NCBI GenBank assembly: GCA_964430955.1
Contig: CAYSHY010000004.1
Coordinates: 9,971 to 73,970 of the forward strand
Length of the DNA stretch: 64,000 nt
DNA from: an uncultured Puniceicoccaceae bacterium
GTDB taxonomy: Bacteria > Verrucomicrobiota > Verrucomicrobiia > Opitutales > Oceanipulchritudinaceae
Direction: 5' to 3'
Positions 28,601-36,648 of this stretch are shown piece after piece (position 1 is the first letter of the stretch; each line of letters opens with the position of its first letter). A program made the translations under genes and the position numbers. The notes below the pieces were generated by a model. That model did no database searches and was not told where the DNA came from. It saw nothing but the letters and a program-made list of their open reading frames with translations.

Positions 28601-28767
28601 CCGGCGCCATCACTCCATGTTGCTATTTCACCGACATCGTAAGATTCTAAGTCATCTTCAAAGGCTTGGCTTAAAACGGAAAGCGGCCAAAACAGCAGAA
28701 TGCAGTAGAAAAGTGTGAGCGATTGGGCAAAATGCATCATGAATGATTGTCGCGTATCAGAAGGCAT
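25636..28767 (-). CDS. Secreted polysaccharide-lyase-like protein: two LamG-like repeats, Ig-like domain, alginate-lyase/heparinase-type alpha-toroid, Trp-rich C-terminal tail
   Basis: Signal peptide MMHFAQSLTLFYCILLFWPLSVLSQA. An internally duplicated ~190-aa jelly-roll starts FEDDLESYDVG.. and FEEDFEGYSKG... Toroid-like block: AARSHALQWVVTGNPAHRDKALAILNDW...HLEAAWALPVWISAADIM...RNNWAVSAALAVMSYG. Aromatic tail at nt 25639-25995. Confidence 0.6.
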   Translation of the reverse strand: MPSDTRQSFMMHFAQSLTLFYCILLFWPLSVLSQAFEDDLESYDVGEIATWSDGAGVLVVDQATIPLLGNPNRALSMQQKSLRMMQDVRSITKGHVSTLAVDFIDLTEGYSKLGLAIGFGNGPDLTSVTSSANILLLNGEIVHDRIGGMSHLGHLGPSRYELGLDYRLYLVVNDTDQELVRYEGLENLAPRSYEVWIGPRGGSIWPVLEASIARPPQYAGFRSWSDTDMDVYADNIVVSRGIGLSETHFEEDFEGYSKGSAAKWDSSSGGAIVTQDSVDDFGSPNKSLHITGDEISLTKNIGSGTVDAVSTLSLMFIERPGDGSGSVKIGLFDQTNLNSGPVAAVELLNGKVLHSARGNVTEQGIADYPTGKLNHLYIVANDSSEPLIDYYGQEDLEPGKFEVWLLTGDGMFVRVLEGTMPGDPRYLGIHTDGDDTGFYIDDIDVKGGVRMIGGRSLVELTPETPGAAAGVPFGLAYTVNAPLPTGSTYEITSNGDVSFPNGGTSGPAAMAGAFDAVINSGHRSNVTFTITIRNAQGAAIARSSASVMVFDYRTEPELPHPSVINTQEQLDRMRAVVRNEISSIARAGWDAMLQTEYASLSYSHTPWETIEVVPAHTGPSEDDFRNDGTAARSHALQWVVTGNPAHRDKALAILNDWGRTFRKIESSNPAQVHLEAAWALPVWISAADIMRYHNGGASNWHPTDMAAFNYFMEILYQEASSALDERNNWAVSAALAVMSYGAWSDEQSIFQVGLDYQLRKLDELSQTSGEIVETCRDTWHSQYSVVSWGDSAELAHNLGYDDLYEATFDGQSIPRLAIILEYFANLMTGRKEAPCGSEWSYDYEGEYSRFDNYETPYNHYINRKSANYLPVFKEMVEEHWRDAVGEDAHFFLWSRLTHGADSIDVSYQSPAGKGILLPFTVEEARWIDTRGWLGWVNDAFYPWLFVNAGGWIFVNEAGPADTRAGAWAFLRNDGALVPANNSGAGTWAGATMDEAGNVDTGMLAGWIIVPDASGWIFSWSFLNWLYLPETHVTPTGAWAYIAG

Positions 28768-29027
28768 CGCGGCGATACAGGCGGGTTATGGTGCTAATTT
28801 GGAACCCCATGCAGCAAACAAGCGGGGGTAATCATCGGTCGATGTAGCCGATCGTTTGCCGATCATCAGAAAAATCCGCGACTTCAGCTTGGGAATGTGC
28901 TGCCTGTCCCGCTGCGGCAGAGGCAGGAACGATCGTGTCATCTTGCCTGCAAGGGATTTTGGAATAACACTTCAATCCTATGTCTCCTGCTTTTCCTGAA
29001 TCATTTACTCCAAAACGGGGAAGAAGA

Positions 29028-29570
29028 ATGAAGTTAAGATTGGACCTGCCGTTTCGATTGCTCGCTGCACTTGCATTTCTGGTTTTGGGCGCTGCAATGC
29101 CTTCCATGGCAGAACCACTTCAACCCGGCGCCGATGCGCCACGTATCGATGTAACCCTGGATAACGGAGAGATCGCTAACCTCGGCACGTTCTACGACAG
29201 AGGACCAGTGCTGGTATACTTTTACCCCAAGAGCGATACCCCGGGCTGTACCAAACAGGCGTGCAACATCCGCGATAACTTCCAGGCGCTTTCAGACAAG
29301 GGGGTAACCGTTCTGGGCGTGAGCGTGGATACTGTCGAGGCGCAGAAGAAGTTCCGGGAGAAGTACAACCTGCCCTTCAATCTCGTTGCGGACAAGGACA
29401 AGGCGCTTGGCGAAGCATTCGGCATGAGCAGCGAGCGCCCCGTCCATAGCCGGCAGTCATTCCTCATCGTGGGCGGCAAGGTTGTATGGTTTGACGCCAA
29501 GGCGACCCCGGCAACACAGGCCGAAGACGCCCTGGCTGCATTGGCCCGCGCGACCGGAAGGGACAGTTGA
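29028..29570 (+). CDS. bcp: Bcp/PrxQ-type peroxiredoxin with N-terminal signal peptide
   Basis: VLVYFYPKSDTPGCTKQACNIRD (CP and CR five residues apart). Leader MKLRLDLPFRLLAALAFLVLGAAMPSMA. ATG 29028 is preferred. Confidence 0.88.
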   Translation: MKLRLDLPFRLLAALAFLVLGAAMPSMAEPLQPGADAPRIDVTLDNGEIANLGTFYDRGPVLVYFYPKSDTPGCTKQACNIRDNFQALSDKGVTVLGVSVDTVEAQKKFREKYNLPFNLVADKDKALGEAFGMSSERPVHSRQSFLIVGGKVVWFDAKATPATQAEDALAALARATGRDS

Positions 29571-29630
29571 GCAAGTTGGCGAAGGTCTTTTTGCTGGCGG
29601 CCACCTGTTTCGCGGGCTAGCAGTTCAGGC

Positions 29631-30752
29631 ATGTCCGCACCCGGTTACGCTGAGGCATTTGATACTGTTGAAGACGCTATCAAGGAGATAGCGGTAGGGC
29701 GTCCCATTGTTGTCACGGATGATGAAAATCGTGAGAACGAGGGCGATCTGATCTTTGCAGCCGAGAAGGCCACGCCCGAGCTTGTGAATATGATGATTCG
29801 CAACGGCGGGGGATTGATCTGCGTACCCACTGTAGCCGAGCAATTGAACCGGCTGGGCCTGAGCCCTATGGCGCAGGTAAACAGGGAGTCTCACGGTACG
29901 GCGTTTACTGTCAGCGTCGATGCCGCAGAGGGCGTGACGACCGGCATCAGCGCGCATGACCGCGCCAAGGCCATAAAGATTCTTGCAGATCCCAACGCAC
30001 GGCCCGAGCAGTTGGTGCAGCCCGGCCACGTTTTTCCGCTGCACGCGCGGTCTGGCGGGGTCTTGGAACGAGCAGGCCACACCGAGGCAGCCGTGGATCA
30101 GGCAAAGCTGGCGGGACTGCAACCCGCAGGCGTTCTATGCGAGATCTTGAATGAGGATGGAAGCTGCGCCCGCTTGCCTCAACTGGTAGAGTACAAGAAG
30201 CGCTTCGGCCTGAAGCTGATCTCTATTGCCAGCCTCATCGAGTACCGTCATCGCCGGGAGTGCCTGGTCGAGGATATTTATCAAGAGCCTTTCTCCAGCG
30301 CCTTTGGCGAATTCACGCTTCACGTCTTCCGCAGCCGCCTGGACGGCGCATTTCACTATGCACTGACCATGGGCCAGCTCGGCCCGGAACCGACACTTGT
30401 GCGCGTGCACTCGGAAAACGTGCTGACAGACCTCTTCGCAGAGAAAGATAATCACAACTCGGGCGTTTTCCAGAAAGCGCTGCGCCGCATTGCCCAAGAT
30501 GGACGCGGCGTGGCCGTTTACATGAGCAACCCCTGCGGCGGTGTGAACTTGCCTCCCTCGCTGCAACCGAAGGACAGTTCGTGTGGCGGGTTCCCGTCTC
30601 GGGGCGTGGACTTTCGCGCATACGGCATCGGCGCCCAGATTCTGACCTCCTTTGGGCTCTCGAAAGTCCGCCTCTTGACGAACTCCACCCGCCGCGTCGT
30701 CGCTCTCGACGGATATGGCCTCGAGATCGTCGAACAAATTGGGCTGGACTGA
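29631..30752 (+). CDS. ribB: 3,4-dihydroxy-2-butanone-4-phosphate synthase fused to a degenerate GTP cyclohydrolase II-like domain
   Basis: The DHBPS half is canonical (DDENRENEGDLIFAAEKATPELVNMMIRNGGGLICVP, GHTEAAVD). In the C-terminal half RVHSENVLTDLFAEKDNHNSG replaces RVHSECLTGD...RCDCG, so all three Zn-ligand Cys are absent, and the domain ends early. Confidence 0.88.
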   Translation: MSAPGYAEAFDTVEDAIKEIAVGRPIVVTDDENRENEGDLIFAAEKATPELVNMMIRNGGGLICVPTVAEQLNRLGLSPMAQVNRESHGTAFTVSVDAAEGVTTGISAHDRAKAIKILADPNARPEQLVQPGHVFPLHARSGGVLERAGHTEAAVDQAKLAGLQPAGVLCEILNEDGSCARLPQLVEYKKRFGLKLISIASLIEYRHRRECLVEDIYQEPFSSAFGEFTLHVFRSRLDGAFHYALTMGQLGPEPTLVRVHSENVLTDLFAEKDNHNSGVFQKALRRIAQDGRGVAVYMSNPCGGVNLPPSLQPKDSSCGGFPSRGVDFRAYGIGAQILTSFGLSKVRLLTNSTRRVVALDGYGLEIVEQIGLD

Positions 30753-30795
30753 GTGTCGAGGGTAACCGGCAGGGCAAGAGTGAGAAAGCCCTCTG

Positions 30796-32097
30796 TTAAT
30801 CAGCGCCGACAAGCTCGGGTGCGATTGCCGAACCGGGAAGTCGCTCCACATGTCCGCCCAGAGCGGCGAACTTTTCGCCCAGCTTTTCATAGCCACGGTC
30901 CAGATGGTAGATGCGCTGGATGATGGTTTCGCCTTCTGCAGCCAGACCCGCAAGAACCAGGGCTGCGCTTGCGCGCAGGTCGCTCGCCATAACAGGCGCG
31001 CCGGAGAGCTTTTCTGCACCATGGATAATGGCGTTCGGACCCTCAATCGCGATGTCTGCGCCCATTCTGGCCAGCTCGGGGACATGCATGTAGCGGTTCG
31101 GGTAGATGCGCTCGGTGATAATCGATAGCCCGGGAGTGAGGGACATCAGAGCGCACATTTGAGCCTGCAGGTCAGTAGGAAAGCCGGGGTGGGGCAGGGT
31201 GACTACATCGACAGGCTTGCGTGGGCCATCGCCAAGCGCGCGAATGGAGCCTCCTTCGGGATCCACGTGGATCATCACGCCAGACTCCTGCAGTTTGTCG
31301 ATAGTTGCGCGCATATGACCGGGCACGACACCCTGCACTGTTACATCTCCACGGGTAATTGCGCCGGCAATCAGGAATGTGCCTGCCTCGATGCGATCTG
31401 GAAGCACGGCGTGGGTGCAGCCATGCATTCCATCTACGCCTGTGATCTTGAGATAGTGGCTGCCGATGCCTTCGATCCTGGCCCCCATCTTGACGAGCAT
31501 GTTGCACAGATCGGTGATCTCTGGCTCGCATGCGGCGCTTTCTATGCGGGTCACGCCCGGCGTCATGGCGGCGGCCATTACAATGTTCGCCGTGCCGGTA
31601 ACTGTCGGGCCATGGCGGCCGCCAAGGTATATGTAGTCACCTCGCAGCTGAGACGCATCGACATCGACATAGCCGCCTTCGACCTCAATCTCGCAGCCCA
31701 AGGCCCGCAGTCCCTTGATGTGGAGGTCGATGGGGCGGGGGCCGATCACACAGCCCCCGGGAATCGATACTCGGGCGCAACGCATGCGGGCTACCAAAGG
31801 GCCCAGAAGGCAGACGGAGGCGCGCATCTTGCGGACGAGCTCGTAAGGAGCGACATGGCTGATATGGCGCGCCTCGATTTCCCAGGTTCCAGGGCTCACC
31901 TGCTCCACACGCGCACCAAGCTCCCGAATGATCTCGGCCATGAACCGAATATCAGACAGATCGGGTACGTTGCTGATTGTGCAGGGTTCGTCTGTAAGCA
32001 AGCAGGCGGCAAAGATAGGTAACGCGGCATTCTTTGCCCCGCTGATCCTCACATTTCCCCGCAGAGGGTTCCCTCCCTGGATACGCAACACGTCCAT
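30796..32097 (-). CDS. murA: UDP-N-acetylglucosamine 1-carboxyvinyltransferase
   Basis: MDVLRIQGGNPLRGNVRISGAKNAALPI, GGCVIGPRPIDLH, FPTDLQAQ, IYHLDRGYE. Confidence 0.95.
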   Translation of the reverse strand: MDVLRIQGGNPLRGNVRISGAKNAALPIFAACLLTDEPCTISNVPDLSDIRFMAEIIRELGARVEQVSPGTWEIEARHISHVAPYELVRKMRASVCLLGPLVARMRCARVSIPGGCVIGPRPIDLHIKGLRALGCEIEVEGGYVDVDASQLRGDYIYLGGRHGPTVTGTANIVMAAAMTPGVTRIESAACEPEITDLCNMLVKMGARIEGIGSHYLKITGVDGMHGCTHAVLPDRIEAGTFLIAGAITRGDVTVQGVVPGHMRATIDKLQESGVMIHVDPEGGSIRALGDGPRKPVDVVTLPHPGFPTDLQAQMCALMSLTPGLSIITERIYPNRYMHVPELARMGADIAIEGPNAIIHGAEKLSGAPVMASDLRASAALVLAGLAAEGETIIQRIYHLDRGYEKLGEKFAALGGHVERLPGSAIAPELVGAD

Positions 32098-32238
32098 GAG
32101 AGCCAGTAAAACGTAGCTTTTCCTGCTCGGGAAGCATTAACTTGACTGCTCGGTTTTTCTCGTGCTCACGACCGCTGTACAAGCGGTCCCGGCGTCTTGC
32201 TCAGAACCAATTTTACAGTTATTTTCGTGTTGAATCTC

Positions 32239-32730
32239 ATGAAAAAATCCAGCGCTGGACTCCTCCTTTACCGATGGGATACAGACGGCCTTCCGCGTGT
32301 CCTTCTTATCCATCCCGGAGGACCTTTTTTCACGCAGAAGGATGAGGGACATTGGTCAATTCCCAAGGGGGAGCTGGATGGGGATCTTGAGGAGATGCTT
32401 GATTGCGCCCGTCGGGAGTTTGAAGAGGAAACCGGACACGCTGCACCGGCAGACGCGCAGTATCTGCCACTGGGCTCGATTCGCCAGAAGGGCGGCAAGA
32501 TCGTCCATGCGTGGGCTTTCGAAGGAGAGTTCAGCCCAGAGCGTTTCCGGAGCAATGAGTTCGAGCTGGAATGGCCGCCGCACTCTGGGAGGATTCAGCG
32601 ATTCCCGGAAGCGGATCGTGCTGAACTGATGCCGTTGGACCTGGCCGAGAAAAGAATAAAGGCAACGCAGCTGCCTTTTCTGGAACGACTCATCAATACC
32701 ATTGGTCAGACAAAGCGGCCGGGGGGATGA
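32239..32730 (+). CDS. NUDIX hydrolase
   Basis: WSIPKGELDGDLEEMLDCARREFEEETGH Nudix box. ATG 32239 (MKKSSAGLLLY) is preferred over the upstream alternative start. Confidence 0.8.
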   Translation: MKKSSAGLLLYRWDTDGLPRVLLIHPGGPFFTQKDEGHWSIPKGELDGDLEEMLDCARREFEEETGHAAPADAQYLPLGSIRQKGGKIVHAWAFEGEFSPERFRSNEFELEWPPHSGRIQRFPEADRAELMPLDLAEKRIKATQLPFLERLINTIGQTKRPGG

Positions 32731-32760
32731 CCAACGTAGTGTAAATTAGATTTCTGATAG

Positions 32761-34662
32761 ATGTTGGCTACTAAAACTCAAAGGCTTGGAAGACGTGCGG
32801 GGATGCTGATTGCTCTCCTCCTGACTGGCGTCGCAGACGTTCAAGCCGTAGATCGCGCAGTCCCAATTGGCGACTCCCTGGTGGAGATGGAGCCCTATGC
32901 TCACAATGGGATGATCAACGCTCGTCTGGGAACGGGCGGTGCGCGCGGAAGCGCGGCGCTGGTGCACCCGCGGGTCTTATTGACTGCAGCGCATGTTGTC
33001 TTCGATGAAGACACGCTTACGTGGGTTACCGACGTCACCTTCGACCTGAAACGCAACGTCAATTACCAGAACAGCGGGCGGCGCACTGTGTATATCGTGA
33101 CAGGGTCAAAGGTCTGGACCGAATACTCCAAGGTGGTGAAGACATCGGGTTCCAACGGGGGAATCTGGCCGTTCAATCTTGATTTTGCCGCCGGTTATCG
33201 CGCCGGTGACTCTAGCTTTCCGTCCACCTACGCCGCCTATGTGGTAAAGGAGGATGAACTGGTTTCGCCGCTCCGCGATGAAGTTCAAAAGCTCATTGTC
33301 GGTTATCCGCTGGATAGCGATAAAGTACCCACCGCGAACCAAGGCCTCATGCACCACCTGGGGCCGAAGAACCTCAAATTTTTCGACCATCTGGAGAGCT
33401 ATGGGGGAAAAGTGGATTCGGAGGGATTTCCTTATGCCGTCTATCGGGTGGATGACGTGGAGGTGCATGGGGGCAACAGTGGAGGCCCGATCTATGTGCG
33501 GGAGGAGGCTGACGGCCAATGGCTGCAAGCGGGCGTGATCACCGGCGGTAGCGCCTCGGGCCAACCTTATACAATTTTGCGCGGCATCGACGAGGAGGCG
33601 CATAAGCTGATCGTGCAAGCGATCAAAGCCAGCGGTCTAGAAACCATTTACCGGCCCGAAGCGGTATCCGTAAAAGAGGAACCGGGCGCCATTAATATTA
33701 CTTGGGAGGATAACTCACCCTCGGATGATGGGTGGCAGATTTTTCGCCACGATGGTCTGGGTTGGGCGCTGTTGGCCGAGATTGCGGGCGCCTCCACAGT
33801 TCCAGCGACCGGCGAGATGCTGACGTTTGTGGACGACCGGCTTAATCCAGGGCAAGTGTACCGCTACAAGGTGCGGGCATTGGCGACAGATGGGGGCGTC
33901 TCACCGTGGTCAACAGAGCAGGTGGCTGACGCGATTGGAGCAAATGTGAGCCTTGGCGATGCCTTGGGAGCGCCGCGCCTTACTTGGCTGACAGGTGGCG
34001 ACGCGGCATGGGTAGCCGACGGAAACGGCGCGCGCAGCGGGTTCATCCGCAGCAGTTCACGCTCCTGGATCGAAACCCGCGTGATGGGGCCAGGGCAATT
34101 GACTTTCGACTGGAGCGCCTCCACTGAGACACCTGATCCGCCACGCATCTACGACAATCTGATGTTTGAGATAGATGGCGAGATGGTGCGTCAGATTTAC
34201 GGCGTCAATTCTGCGCGTGGGCTGTCCTTCCAGGTAGGCAAGGGCGTTCATGTCTTCCGTTGGACATACTCCAAGGATGCCTATTCAACGGGCGGGGAAG
34301 ATTTGGGACGTCTGGCGAACGTAAGATTCAGCAGCAACGATCCGGATCAGAAGATTGATGGCGCCTACGAGGTGAAGGACGGTTGGCTCTACGCCCACTG
34401 GTTTGGTTATTTCTTCGCCAGTGGCGGCGGTGACTGGATCTGGCACGAGGCTTTCGGGGCTGGTGGCGGCTGGGTGTATGTCACGGGAACGCGCGACAAC
34501 CTCTGGCTTCATCCCACGAACTCAAATGAACTTGGCTGGTTGTATACAAACCCGGACGCCTTCCCGTATCTCTGGAGCAGCGCAACCGGAAACTGGATCG
34601 CCTGGGCGGGCATGGAGAACTGGTTCTATGACATGGTGGAGGCCAGGTTTTTCCAGCTCTAA
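32761..34662 (+). CDS. Secreted trypsin-like (S1 family) serine protease with FN3, jelly-roll-like module and Trp-rich C-terminal tail
   Basis: Leader RRAGMLIALLLTGVADVQA. Catalytic His context LLTAAHVVF. Ser context HGGNSGGPIY. FN3-like INITWEDNSPSDDGWQIFRH...YRYKVRAL. Aromatic tail at nt 34378-34659. Confidence 0.75.
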   Translation: MLATKTQRLGRRAGMLIALLLTGVADVQAVDRAVPIGDSLVEMEPYAHNGMINARLGTGGARGSAALVHPRVLLTAAHVVFDEDTLTWVTDVTFDLKRNVNYQNSGRRTVYIVTGSKVWTEYSKVVKTSGSNGGIWPFNLDFAAGYRAGDSSFPSTYAAYVVKEDELVSPLRDEVQKLIVGYPLDSDKVPTANQGLMHHLGPKNLKFFDHLESYGGKVDSEGFPYAVYRVDDVEVHGGNSGGPIYVREEADGQWLQAGVITGGSASGQPYTILRGIDEEAHKLIVQAIKASGLETIYRPEAVSVKEEPGAINITWEDNSPSDDGWQIFRHDGLGWALLAEIAGASTVPATGEMLTFVDDRLNPGQVYRYKVRALATDGGVSPWSTEQVADAIGANVSLGDALGAPRLTWLTGGDAAWVADGNGARSGFIRSSSRSWIETRVMGPGQLTFDWSASTETPDPPRIYDNLMFEIDGEMVRQIYGVNSARGLSFQVGKGVHVFRWTYSKDAYSTGGEDLGRLANVRFSSNDPDQKIDGAYEVKDGWLYAHWFGYFFASGGGDWIWHEAFGAGGGWVYVTGTRDNLWLHPTNSNELGWLYTNPDAFPYLWSSATGNWIAWAGMENWFYDMVEARFFQL

Positions 34663-34748
34663 GCAAACAGGCTCAAGAACAACCTTTCCAGATCAGGCGC
34701 CGAACCATGCGGGCCCCGCCCCGTAAAAGTATCGGACGGGGTTGTATC

Positions 34749-35963
34749 TCAATTTTCGGGCGTGCTCTCAGCGTCGGAGTCAAAGTGAGATAAATGCACG
34801 TCCGTTGCTGTGGCATAGAGCACGAAAAAGTTTCGGCCGTGTGGAATCACACGAATTCGTGTGCGACCTTCACCACCTTCGACGCCACTGTAAATGGTTT
34901 GCTCCTCGCCGAAGGTTGCTCCCCCATCGTAGGAGACCTTTGCCACCAGATCGCCGGCGCCCAGTTTGCCGCCCTCGGAACGAAGCCCCGCTACGAGGAC
35001 AAGCTGCCCGTCGTCGCTGCTTCCAGCGGCGCCCCTGCCGATCGAGAGATGCCAGGCGCCAAGGTCGTCAAAGACCAGCCTCAGATCACTCTCCTTCAGA
35101 GGTTGTTTAGGGCTGCTCTTTCCCCAGTAGAGCCGCCCGTCTTGAGCTCCCATCGTGAAGTCCACCGCGTCCGGGGTCGCGGCTGTCAGTGTGGGAAATC
35201 CTCGCCGGCTCTCATTCATCGCCGCCGGCATAAACTTCGTTTGTGAAACCAGAAGGCGCTGAAAAAGGTTGTCCCCGATTTGGGCGGAAAAGAGAAACGC
35301 GGCTCCGTTGGGATCGTTCATGCCGGTTGCCAGATAAACCCATTCACCGGAACGGATGAAGGTCACCCGGTTATCACTTCGCCAAACGTCGTTGAAAACC
35401 CCTTCTTTGGTGACGCTTCCGGCTTCGATGCGATAGAAATGTACAGGTCCCCACACATTTCCGAGCCCTTCGGAAACCACGGCATAAGCCAGAGCTTCAT
35501 TGATTCCAACAACGCCAACACAGTAGTTTCGCTTCATGGGCTTACCCATCGGGATAGGCGCCCCCCATTCACCGTCGGCTGAGCGAAAGCGATATTGAAT
35601 AGGGAAACCGGCGTCGTACCCACCGGCTTCACCCGTTCTTATGAGGGTGTGAAGCCCACCATCAGGGTCGATGCTGAGGGCAGGCGGCATATCCATGGAG
35701 AACTGCTGAAGATCCCCATAGGAATCGCTGGAATGCATGGAGCCGTCGGGCAGGAGCTCCAGTGTTTCTGAACCAAGGATCACGATGCGGTCGCGTGAAT
35801 CTAGGTCAGCATCAAATTGGTTTCCTGAAAGCTGCGCTCCAGAATGGGTCCAGACGCCTCTATCGCCAGAAGCGGTGGCCCCGGCGACTCCAGTTGCCAA
35901 GATCAGGCTGAGAGAAACTACGGTTCCCAGGCAAGCCGTGAATGAGATGAACGGTTTGGTCAT
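34749..35963 (-). CDS. Secreted beta-propeller-like protein (one clear BNR/Asp-box)
   Basis: Signal peptide MTKPFISFTACLGTVVSLSLILATGVAGA. Asp-box VSYDGGATF. Repetitive beta-rich composition. Function is unassigned. Confidence 0.5.
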   Translation of the reverse strand: MTKPFISFTACLGTVVSLSLILATGVAGATASGDRGVWTHSGAQLSGNQFDADLDSRDRIVILGSETLELLPDGSMHSSDSYGDLQQFSMDMPPALSIDPDGGLHTLIRTGEAGGYDAGFPIQYRFRSADGEWGAPIPMGKPMKRNYCVGVVGINEALAYAVVSEGLGNVWGPVHFYRIEAGSVTKEGVFNDVWRSDNRVTFIRSGEWVYLATGMNDPNGAAFLFSAQIGDNLFQRLLVSQTKFMPAAMNESRRGFPTLTAATPDAVDFTMGAQDGRLYWGKSSPKQPLKESDLRLVFDDLGAWHLSIGRGAAGSSDDGQLVLVAGLRSEGGKLGAGDLVAKVSYDGGATFGEEQTIYSGVEGGEGRTRIRVIPHGRNFFVLYATATDVHLSHFDSDAESTPEN

Positions 35964-36088
35964 AGGGTAGGAAGATGGCCCCGGAACAGGTGGGCAGGAG
36001 GGCGGCCTGTACTATGTGGATCCCGTCGGGATACCAGAACCTGGATTTTCTGTGACGATTGCTCACCTCCCTATCCGAGCGCCATGCC

Positions 36089-36460
36089 CTAAATATGGCG
36101 TGAGTCTGATTCGTTCTTCTCGGCGTATCCAGACTCCTGGCGCTGGTGGTTCACCTTGTTCTTCGCCAGATAGGCCTGGTAAACATCCTCGGCGCTCATG
36201 CCCAGCACTTGCGCCAGGGAGACCAGGAAGTGAAACAGATCGACAACCTCCACGCGGGCGTTCTGGCGATCGAACTTCTGGTATTTTGCCCACCATTTCC
36301 ATGGCACGCTATCGATCAGTTCTGCCATTTCCTGCTGCATGGCGCGCGTGTAGTTTAGCACCCACTGCGTCTGTTCTTCCTCGCTCATGCCAGTCGTATT
36401 CACTCCAATACGGCTGTTTAGTTCCTCCTGCATGCGGAAGATCTCTTCAAGTTTATCCAT
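36089..36460 (-). CDS. Dimeric dUTPase / all-alpha NTP pyrophosphohydrolase (dUTPase_2, MazG-like) family protein
   Basis: MDKLEEIFRMQEELNSRIG...NYTRAMQQEMAELIDSVPWKWW...EVVDLFHFLVSLAQVLGMSAEDVYQAYLAKNKVNHQRQ. ATG 36460 is preferred over the 45-codon extension. Confidence 0.7.
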   Translation of the reverse strand: MDKLEEIFRMQEELNSRIGVNTTGMSEEEQTQWVLNYTRAMQQEMAELIDSVPWKWWAKYQKFDRQNARVEVVDLFHFLVSLAQVLGMSAEDVYQAYLAKNKVNHQRQESGYAEKNESDSRHI

Positions 36461-36648
36461 GCTGTCCTGAAATTGGCGTGGCATGCCTGTCTGGGCAAGG
36501 CAAAGCTTGCTCGCGCGAGGGCGATTGGCTATGCCTCTTGACTCACGGGTGGCAATCCGACAGTTCAAGGTGTAGCTTGCTGGGCCCCCGCACAAAAGGG
36601 GTTCATCAGGTGCACTAACGACCCAAGCCCCCTCAGGTTATCCTCCCC

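Noticed and set aside
29571-29630. Expected FMN riboswitch upstream of the ribB fusion
   Set aside because: Only 60 nt separate the bcp stop from the ribB start, which is too short for an FMN (RFN) element. I could not see its conserved core there.
30135-32022. Long antisense ORFs (30135..31085 minus, 31159..32022 plus) across the ribB fusion and murA
   Set aside because: They lie opposite genes with unambiguous motifs and have low-complexity Arg/Ala/Gly-rich translations. They are shadow frames.
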